Sequence record: SRR31156797_6242
Direction: 5' to 3' (one strand)
Length of the DNA stretch: 39,063 nucleotides
Position numbers and translations under genes: made by a program. Below the pieces are notes generated by a model. It was given only the letters and a program-made list of their open reading frames with translations, did no database searches and was not told the DNA's origin. Positions 32,056 through 39,063 of the stretch are shown here, piece by piece. Each line of letters opens with the position of its first letter. Position 1 is the first letter of the stretch.

Positions 32056-33447
32056 ATGGGTGTACCCGAATTAGAAGAATATAAATTTGGCTTCCACGAT
32101 GACGTGCAGCCTGTTTTTAGTACCGGCGAAGGATTGACCGAAGACATCGTCCGTGAAATCTCACGGGTCAAGCAAGAGCCAGAATGGATGCTTGAGTTCC
32201 GCTTGAAGTCTCTTGAAGCCTTCAACAAGATGCCCATGCAAAACTGGGGCCCAGACCTGTCTGACATCGATTTTGATGCCATCAAATATTACCAAAAACC
32301 AAGTGATCGTCCTGCCCGTGATTGGGATGACGTACCAGAAAAAATCAAAGAGACCTTTGAGCGCATTGGTATTCCAGAAGCCGAGCGGGCATACCTGGCC
32401 GGCGCTTCTGCCCAATACGAATCAGAAGTCGTTTACCACAACATGAAAGATGAGTTTGAAAAACTTGGCATCGTCTTTACCGATACCGATTCAGCCTTGA
32501 AGGAATACCCTGAGCTGTTCAAACAATACTTTTCAAAATTAGTCCCACCAACCGATAACAAGCTTGCTGCTTTAAACTCAGCCGTTTGGTCAGGTGGTAC
32601 CTTTATCTATGTACCAAAAGGCGTTCGTGTCGATGTGCCATTGCAAACCTATTTCCGGATCAATGCCGAAAATACCGGTCAGTTCGAACGAACATTGATC
32701 ATCGTTGACGAAGGCGCCAGCGTCCATTACGTTGAAGGCTGTACCGCCCCAACCTACTCAAGCAATAGTTTGCACGCAGCTATCGTTGAAATTTTCACCC
32801 TAAAAGACGCTTACTGCCGCTACACCACCATTCAAAACTGGTCAGACAACGTCTACAACCTAGTAACCAAACGGGCCAAAGCCTTAGAAGGTGCTACCGT
32901 TGAATGGATCGATGGCAACTTAGGTGCCAAAACAACGATGAAATATCCAAGTGTGTATCTTGATGGCAAAGGCGCACGGGGCACGATGCTTTCTATTGCC
33001 TTTGCTGGTGCCAACCAAATCCAAGATACTGGTGCAAAAATGATTCACAATGCACCAAACACCTCCAGCTCCATCGTCTCAAAATCAATTTCTAAAGATG
33101 GCGGTGCGGTAAACTACCGTGGACAAGTCACCTTCGGCAAGAAGAGCGCAGGCTCTATCTCCCATATCGAGTGTGACACCATCATCATGGATGACCTATC
33201 GAAATCCGATACCATTCCATTCAATGAGATCCACAACAGCCAAGTGTCCTTAGAACACGAAGCCAAAGTCTCCAAAATCTCAGAAGAACAACTGTACTAC
33301 CTAATGAGCCGCGGCCTCTCCGAAAGCGAAGCAACCGAAATGATCGTCATGGGATTCGTCGAACCATTCACCAAAGAATTACCGATGGAATACGCAGTCG
33401 AATTGAACCGGTTGATTAGTTATGAGATGGAAGGGTCTGTGGGGTAA
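32056..33447 (+). CDS. sufB: Fe-S cluster assembly protein SufB
   Basis: GQFERT, VEGCTAP, HIECD, EHEA, C-terminus EMEGSVG; RBS AAAGGAG before ATG 32056. Confidence 0.97.
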   Translation: MGVPELEEYKFGFHDDVQPVFSTGEGLTEDIVREISRVKQEPEWMLEFRLKSLEAFNKMPMQNWGPDLSDIDFDAIKYYQKPSDRPARDWDDVPEKIKETFERIGIPEAERAYLAGASAQYESEVVYHNMKDEFEKLGIVFTDTDSALKEYPELFKQYFSKLVPPTDNKLAALNSAVWSGGTFIYVPKGVRVDVPLQTYFRINAENTGQFERTLIIVDEGASVHYVEGCTAPTYSSNSLHAAIVEIFTLKDAYCRYTTIQNWSDNVYNLVTKRAKALEGATVEWIDGNLGAKTTMKYPSVYLDGKGARGTMLSIAFAGANQIQDTGAKMIHNAPNTSSSIVSKSISKDGGAVNYRGQVTFGKKSAGSISHIECDTIIMDDLSKSDTIPFNEIHNSQVSLEHEAKVSKISEEQLYYLMSRGLSESEATEMIVMGFVEPFTKELPMEYAVELNRLISYEMEGSVG

Positions 33448-33458
33448 TTGAATTGATT

Positions 33459-33501
33459 AAGCTAGAAATGCCTATTTGCAGGTGTTTCTGGCTTTTTTTA
33501 T
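33459..33501 (+). terminator. suf operon terminator (copy 1 of the duplicated att-like unit)
   Basis: AAGCTAGAAATGCCT-ATTTGC-AGGTGTTTCTGGCTT plus T-run. Confidence 0.85.
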
Positions 33502-33516
33502 TTGGGCGTGTAGAAA

Positions 33517-33539
33517 GTAAGAACCAAAGTAGCACCAAT
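33517..33539 (+). repeat. Left arm-like repeat
   Basis: CCAAAGTAGCACCAAT (33524-33539) is 15/16 identical to 37088-37103; internally tandem GTAAGAACCAAA / GTAGCACCAAT. Confidence 0.65.
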
Positions 33540-33725
33540 GAGAAATGGATAAGTAGATTATTATGGTGAAAATGGTTTAAGTAATGAAAATCTTTCAGAG
33601 GAAAACGAAAAAATGTATAGGATAAATAAAAACAAGATACTTTTTCGTATTACTTTCTTTGAGATTGAAAATATATAATATCAATAGTGATATACTAGAA
33701 GAAAACGATGAAAGGATAGGATATC

Positions 33726-34073
33726 ATGCTTCAAACAGAACTTACAAGATTTAAGGTAAAAGTAGGAAAAACGGCTATAGTTGATGAATGGATGTCGTTC
33801 TTAAATGAGCATATGGAAGAAACATTGCTAACATTAGAAAACGAAAAAATGTTTGTTGAGACAATCTTTAGAGAACAACTCAATGGTGAGGAATTTTTGT
33901 ATTGGTATTCTATACAAGGAGAAGGTGGAACTCCTGTTGAGAATTTTGAAAGTTGGATTGATAAAAAACATTTAGAATATTGGGATGAATGCATAGATTC
34001 TACATACAAACCAATCGATTTGACAACTGAAGTGGTGATGATTCCTGAAAAAATACGTAGTAATGTGAAATGA
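33726..34073 (+). CDS. DUF6176-like small acidic protein
   Basis: 115 aa, ELTRFKVK...EKMFVETIF...LYWYS...YWDECID; RBS-like AAAGGA/AGGA; family recalled, not searched. Confidence 0.65.
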   Translation: MLQTELTRFKVKVGKTAIVDEWMSFLNEHMEETLLTLENEKMFVETIFREQLNGEEFLYWYSIQGEGGTPVENFESWIDKKHLEYWDECIDSTYKPIDLTTEVVMIPEKIRSNVK

Positions 34074-34230
34074 AGATGACTTTAGATATTAAGTAAATAG
34101 ATTTCATAAGATATTAGAGCGGTTGTTAGTGAATATATTGGATGTAGTCAATTTAATTTTAGTATATTAAAAAGTAGAGTTATGGATTATTTAAATTTTT
34201 TCACGCAGATTATAAGTGAGGTGGTACATA

Positions 34231-36924
34231 ATGTTTTCTATATACATGAATGGACAGAACAAAACGAACCAAATTACAGATTGGAGACTCTGGAGTAAAG
34301 AAAATCAATTGATGGTGACTGTAGATTTTCCATCAGGTAAGTCATTTACAAAACCGTTAGACTTCTGCAAGATAACACCACAAAAAGAAATACAAGCAGG
34401 TCTTTTATATAGAGAAGAAAATATTTATCAACAAATAGATAAAGCGACTGAATATGGGAATAAGTATGTTGTTGTAAATTATCCAAATGATCAAAAAAAG
34501 TATATCATGAGGTCGGAAAATGTAAGTATTATTGCGAGTTCTGGTTTGAAAAATGAGAATACATTTTCTTATTTTACTGAAATTGTAAAAGAGCGTGTTC
34601 GCCATGCTAGTCCAACAAATAAACCTATGGCCGAAAATATAGAGAGACAATTGAACAAAATTACTCCTTATAAAGGAACAGCTTTGCATTCGTATTGTTA
34701 TGGTAAAAATGAGGTTAGAGATTCTTTGGAGCATTTTATTTTTCCATTTGGGTTGAATGAGAGTCAATTAGAAGCTGTTGAAAATACCTTTTCCTCTCAA
34801 ATTAGTATTATTGAAGGACCTCCGGGTACAGGAAAGACACAAACTATTTTAAATATCATCGCAAACATTTTAGTGAATAAAAAATCTGTTGCAATTGTTT
34901 CAAATAATAATCCAGCAGTTGAAAATGTGTATGAGAAGATGGCTAAAAAAGAACTAGACTACCTTATTGCTAAATTAGGGAGTTCAGACAATAAGACAGA
35001 ATTTTTTGCAGGAGTGAGAGAAGTACCACGTTATAGCTCGGATTCTGTAGCCGTTTCTATAGAGGAAATTGATGATGTTTTGACAAGAGTGAAAACGAGT
35101 CTAACTGCACAAAATAAAGTAGCACAGTTGACTGCAGAAATCAGTGAGCTGCTTGTTGAAAAAAAGCACTTAGAAGAATGGCGTGAGGAAAATGTACTTG
35201 TAGATTTAATTGATGTTGATAGATATAAATTGAGTCCAGAGAAAACTTCTGATTTACTTGCATATATAAATTATCTTTCTCAAAAAAATTTGTCTTTTAA
35301 AGAAAGATTCCGTTTGTTGTTAGAGTTTAGAATATTTAGGACTAAATTTTTAGACACTTATACTGAACGAATAAATTTTACTTATTCCCTACAGTTTCAT
35401 TATTATGAAAAAATGTTGCAACAAAAAGAGCAGCAATTACAAAAATATAAAAATGTTTTGGAAAAAGAAAATTTCAAAAAATTATTAGAAGATTTAACGA
35501 ATAAATCAATGCAGTATCTTAAACAGCGGTTATCAAAATCGATTCCAGCAAATGTGAATTTCACCGTAGATAACTATAGAAAGGATTTCAGTAATTTTAT
35601 TAAACGGTTTCCTGTGATTGGAAGTAGTACACATTCGATTATTAACTCGATAGCAGATGGAGCAATATTGGACTACATCATTATTGATGAGGCGTCGCAG
35701 CAAGATATCGTTCCAGGTATTTTGAGTCTGGGCTGTGCAAAAAATATTATTGTTGTAGGTGATCGTAAACAGCTCCCACATATACCCGAAAAGACTGAAA
35801 TTGTCTCTCCTTCAGAGTATTATGATTGTACGAAATATAGTTTGCTAGATTCATTTGTTAAGCTGTTCAAGGAGGAAGTGCCCGTAACGTTGCTGAAGGA
35901 GCATTATAGATGTCATCCTAAAATAATCCAGTTTTGTAATCAACAATTTTACGATAATCAACTAATACCCATGACTATGGATGGAGGCGAATCTTCAATT
36001 GAGCTAATCATCACATCTAAAGGAAATCATACAAGAAACCGAGCTAACCTGCGAGAAATTGAGTCTCTAGTGGAAATTGGTTGGTCTGGTGAAAAAAATA
36101 TCGGATTTATTACACCTTATAATAATCAAGTCAATTTAGCTGAAGAGTATTTACCAGAAGAGTTTGCTAAAGCAACAATTCATAAATTCCAAGGTAGAGA
36201 ATGTAAAAAGGTTATTTTTTCAACAGTGTTGGATAAGAAAAAAAGTAGCCGAAAATCTATTGATTTTGTTGATGATCCACATTTGGTGAATGTAGCTGTT
36301 TCAAGAGCCATCAACAAATTTACTTTAGTAACTGGTAATGAAGTTTTTACAAGAAACAACCAAAGTTTGGCAGCTTTAGTTAGATATATTAAATACTATG
36401 CTTCAGATGAATATGTCTATGATAGCCCGGTAATCTCCGCATTCGATTTATTGTATAGAGAATATGATCGTTCTCTAGAAAAGTTAAATACTCGATTGAA
36501 TTTAAAGGATTCACATTTCAAATCTGAGCAGATTATGGCTGTCCTACTTAGGGATACTTTAATGACAGCTGAATTTACTTCCTTAATGTTTCATATGCAG
36601 ATCAATTTGATTCAACTTGTCTCAATTAAAAATAATTCATTTACTGATAGAGAAATAGAATTTATGAAACAAAAAGCGAGCTGTGACTTTGTCATTTATT
36701 ATAAGGTCGGAAAGAATCCGATAGGCGTGATTGAAGTAGATGGGGGTAGTCATGATGCTAAGGTGCAACAAGAACGTGATGCGGTAAAAAATATTATTTT
36801 AGAAAAGGCTGCTATTCCTTTGCTTAGGTTAAAAACAACTGAGGGTAATATTGAGAGGAAAATAAAAGTTTTTTTAAATGAATGTATTATCAAGAGTAGT
36901 ACCCAGAATGATGAAGAAAGTTAG
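34231..36924 (+). CDS. SF1 (Upf1/DNA2-like) helicase fused to a C-terminal DUF2726/Vsr-like nuclease domain
   Basis: GPPGTGKT, IIIDEASQ, VGDRKQL, EHYRCHP, ITPYNNQV, TIHKFQGRE, NVAVSRA; C-terminal CDFVI...IEVDGGSH...ERDAVKN...IPLLRL; RBS GAGGTGG before ATG 34231. Confidence 0.88.
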   Translation: MFSIYMNGQNKTNQITDWRLWSKENQLMVTVDFPSGKSFTKPLDFCKITPQKEIQAGLLYREENIYQQIDKATEYGNKYVVVNYPNDQKKYIMRSENVSIIASSGLKNENTFSYFTEIVKERVRHASPTNKPMAENIERQLNKITPYKGTALHSYCYGKNEVRDSLEHFIFPFGLNESQLEAVENTFSSQISIIEGPPGTGKTQTILNIIANILVNKKSVAIVSNNNPAVENVYEKMAKKELDYLIAKLGSSDNKTEFFAGVREVPRYSSDSVAVSIEEIDDVLTRVKTSLTAQNKVAQLTAEISELLVEKKHLEEWREENVLVDLIDVDRYKLSPEKTSDLLAYINYLSQKNLSFKERFRLLLEFRIFRTKFLDTYTERINFTYSLQFHYYEKMLQQKEQQLQKYKNVLEKENFKKLLEDLTNKSMQYLKQRLSKSIPANVNFTVDNYRKDFSNFIKRFPVIGSSTHSIINSIADGAILDYIIIDEASQQDIVPGILSLGCAKNIIVVGDRKQLPHIPEKTEIVSPSEYYDCTKYSLLDSFVKLFKEEVPVTLLKEHYRCHPKIIQFCNQQFYDNQLIPMTMDGGESSIELIITSKGNHTRNRANLREIESLVEIGWSGEKNIGFITPYNNQVNLAEEYLPEEFAKATIHKFQGRECKKVIFSTVLDKKKSSRKSIDFVDDPHLVNVAVSRAINKFTLVTGNEVFTRNNQSLAALVRYIKYYASDEYVYDSPVISAFDLLYREYDRSLEKLNTRLNLKDSHFKSEQIMAVLLRDTLMTAEFTSLMFHMQINLIQLVSIKNNSFTDREIEFMKQKASCDFVIYYKVGKNPIGVIEVDGGSHDAKVQQERDAVKNIILEKAAIPLLRLKTTEGNIERKIKVFLNECIIKSSTQNDEES

Positions 36925-37080
36925 TTTAGAAAATTTGCACAACTTCTAAACGGTGATTTATGTTAATAGAATTATGACTCATTTAAAATAATTAGAAGTT
37001 CATTTTACAGAAAAACTTTTGAAGTGAAACACTCTTGTCTCTAAGAAAAATGAAGTTATGGATTATTTTTTATTTGATTA

Positions 37081-37103
37081 CTGACACCCAAACTAGCACC
37101 AAT
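37081..37103 (+). repeat. Right arm-like repeat
   Basis: CCAAACTAGCACCAAT (37088-37103); internally tandem CTGACACCCAA / CTAGCACCAAT. Confidence 0.65.
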
Positions 37104-37205
37104 TCCCCCAAAAACATCAGAATTACATGGCACCAGCCAAAATAACGGATGGTGATTTAACAGCATTTGGAAACTGTTGAAACTTGTAGAAAAAACTATC
37201 CTTTT

Positions 37206-37272
37206 AGTGTAGGTTAATAAAAATTTTAAAAGCTGGAAATACTTTGTGGCAGGTATTTACAGCTTTTTTTAT
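37206..37272 (+). repeat. Second copy of the sufB tail plus terminator (att-like site)
   Basis: AGT GTA GGT TAA (S V G stop) versus TCT GTG GGG TAA in sufB; the terminator at 37230-37272 is 33/43 identical to 33459-33501 with the stem preserved. Confidence 0.75.
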
Positions 37273-37415
37273 GCAATATTTAATTGGAATATTCTACTAT
37301 TATTTTCCCAACATGATGCCTCTAAAATTCCAAGAAAATTTATTGAATGTCGCCTTTTTTAAAGCTATTAGTGATAAAATTAGAGAGTATAACTATTATT
37401 AGGAGTGTGCTTATC

Positions 37416-39011
37416 GTGGGACAAGAACTTAATCAGCGATTATTTAGTGCAGCGGACAATCTTCGCAGCAAAATGGACGCATCAGAATATAAAAACTATC
37501 TTTTAGGTTTGATTTTTTACAAATATCTTTCAGATAAATTATTACAACAAGTTGTTTTATTAGCAGATGAATCCTTAGAAGAATATAACGAGGTTGAAAA
37601 ACAGACGAAATTGTATCAAGAGTTACTAGCAGATGAAGATTCAAGGGAAGATTTGTTAGCAACGATTGTAGATACTTTAGGTTATGAAATCGAACCCAAT
37701 CGTTTGTTTAATGTGTTAGCTGATCAAGCAAAACAAAATATCTTTCAGTTAAATGATTTGAACAAAGGCTTTACTGAGTTGTCCTCAAAGTTTGAGCAAT
37801 TTAATGGGTTATTTGATGATGTCGATTTACAATCAAAAAAACTTGGTTCAGATGACCAGCAACGAAATGTCACAATAACCGAAGTATTAAAGAAACTGAA
37901 TGATATTGATGTATTAGGGCATGACGGTGATGTGATTGGGGATGCTTATGAATTCTTAATCAGCCAATTTGCTTCCGAAGCGGGAAAGAAAGCTGGCGAA
38001 TTCTACACACCAAAAAAGGTTTCTGAAATGATGGCGCAAATCGTGACCATCGATCAAGAAGAGAAAAAATTATTCAGCGTCTTTGATCCGACGATGGGAT
38101 CAGGCTCTTTAATGCTGAATGTACGGAATTATTTGAAGTATCCTGAGAATGTGAAATATCACGGTCAGGAAATGAATACCACAACTTTTAATTTAGCAAA
38201 AATGAACCTAATTCTTCATGGTGTAGACGCAGAAGATATGAATTTGAGAAACGGCGATACGCTAAATAAAGATTGGCCAACAGATGAGCCGTATTTATTT
38301 GATTCAGTAGTTATGAATCCTCCATATTCAGCGAAATGGTCAGCAGATGCAACCTTTTTAGATGATTCGCGCTTTAACCGATACGGAAAACTAGCGCCAA
38401 AATCTAAAGCTGACTTTGCTTTTCTCCTTCATGGCTTTTATCATTTAAAAGATTCTGGAACGATGGCAATTGTCTTGCCTCATGGCGTGCTGTTTCGTGG
38501 TGCAGCTGAAGGGGTTATTCGGAAGAAATTACTTGAAGATGGTAGCATTTATGCAGTCATTGGAATGCCAGCAAATCTTTTCTTTGGCACATCAATTCCA
38601 ACAACAGTGATTATTTTGAAAAAGAATCGTGAAACACGCGATGTCTTGTTTATTGATGCCAGCAAAGAATTTATTAAAGGGAAAAATCAAAACAAATTAT
38701 CGATTGAGAATGTAGAGAAAATTGTGTCGACGTACAAAAATAGAGCAACTGAAGATAAATATGCTTATTTAGCCAGTTTTGATGAAATAAAAGAAAATGA
38801 TTTTAACTTAAACATTCCTCGCTATGTTGATACATTTGAAGAAGAAGAAAGTATTGATATGAAGAATGTAGGGAATGAAGTCAAACAGATTCGTCAAGAA
38901 AAGCACGCATTAGAAAAAGAGTTATTTTCTACCATTGCTGCTTTTGAGACAAATGACGAAAATAAAGAATGGCTTCAAGGTGCGTTAGAGGTGTTTAAAC
39001 ATGACGAATAA
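37416..39011 (+). CDS. hsdM: Type I restriction-modification methyltransferase subunit
   Basis: GEFYTP, motif I DPTMGSG, motif IV NPPY, LPHGVLFRG, NLNIPRYV; GTG start after AGGAG. Confidence 0.96.
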   Translation: MGQELNQRLFSAADNLRSKMDASEYKNYLLGLIFYKYLSDKLLQQVVLLADESLEEYNEVEKQTKLYQELLADEDSREDLLATIVDTLGYEIEPNRLFNVLADQAKQNIFQLNDLNKGFTELSSKFEQFNGLFDDVDLQSKKLGSDDQQRNVTITEVLKKLNDIDVLGHDGDVIGDAYEFLISQFASEAGKKAGEFYTPKKVSEMMAQIVTIDQEEKKLFSVFDPTMGSGSLMLNVRNYLKYPENVKYHGQEMNTTTFNLAKMNLILHGVDAEDMNLRNGDTLNKDWPTDEPYLFDSVVMNPPYSAKWSADATFLDDSRFNRYGKLAPKSKADFAFLLHGFYHLKDSGTMAIVLPHGVLFRGAAEGVIRKKLLEDGSIYAVIGMPANLFFGTSIPTTVIILKKNRETRDVLFIDASKEFIKGKNQNKLSIENVEKIVSTYKNRATEDKYAYLASFDEIKENDFNLNIPRYVDTFEEEESIDMKNVGNEVKQIRQEKHALEKELFSTIAAFETNDENKEWLQGALEVFKHDE

Positions 39012-39063
39012 GAATATACCAGAGATTCGTTTTCCGGGATTTACTGAAGAATGGGAACAGCGT
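39001..39063 (+). CDS. hsdS: Type I R-M specificity subunit, 5' end (partial)
   Basis: ATG 39001 reads MTNKNIPEIRFPGFTEEWEQR, the typical PxIRFxGFxxxWEQR HsdS start; overlaps the hsdM stop; RBS GAGGTG. Confidence 0.85.
   Translation, partial: MTNKNIPEIRFPGFTEEWEQR

Larger units (their letters stand above)
33448..39063. mobile_element. AT-rich genomic island at the sufB 3' end (runs off the window)
   Basis: G+C falls from 33/60 (33301-33360, sufB) to 15/60 (35281-35340, helicase) in hand-counted sample lines; defence-type cargo; duplicated sufB tail and terminator; no integrase ORF in the window. Confidence 0.8.

Noticed and set aside
36941-37000. 9-bp inverted repeat AACTTCTAA/TTAGAAGTT after the helicase gene
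   Set aside because: AT-rich with a 42-nt loop; too weak to call a terminator or ncRNA.
37347-37415. N-terminal extension of hsdM in the ORF track
   Set aside because: No RBS at 37347; AGGAG precedes GTG 37416, where HsdM-like sequence begins.

Overview
Chromosomal window from a low-GC Firmicute, most likely an Enterococcus of the casseliflavus/gallinarum type (inferred from gene content and base composition). Left to right: (1) a small heat-shock protein gene; (2) a GntR/UTRA-controlled glycoamino-acid locus (YitT, GntR, M20 PepV-like peptidase, glycosylasparaginase, lactose/cellobiose-family PTS IIB and IIC, a short GrdB-related protein); (3) adhE with two Rex boxes; (4) a GH51 arabinofuranosidase with a divergent AraC regulator; (5) a ~13 kb LacI-controlled uronic-acid glycan locus (two DUF2264 paralogs, one broken by a single in-frame TGA at a conserved Trp, a heparinase II/III-like lyase, GH88, an ABC importer); (6) a GNAT gene, then an apparently inserted PemI/PemK (MazEF-type) toxin-antitoxin pair; (7) sufCDSUB; (8) an AT-rich island starting at the sufB 3' end. 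The most interesting signal is in the island. A second, diverged copy of the sufB tail (Ser-Val-Gly-stop plus its terminator) lies 3770 bp downstream, and matching tandem arm-like repeats sit inside both ends. Together these delimit an integrase-less cassette carrying a DUF6176-like gene and an ~897-aa SF1 helicase-DUF2726 nuclease fusion (candidate anti-phage gene). A type I R-M locus follows directly (hsdM and the start of hsdS). Family assignments come from motif recognition and memory, not from database searches.
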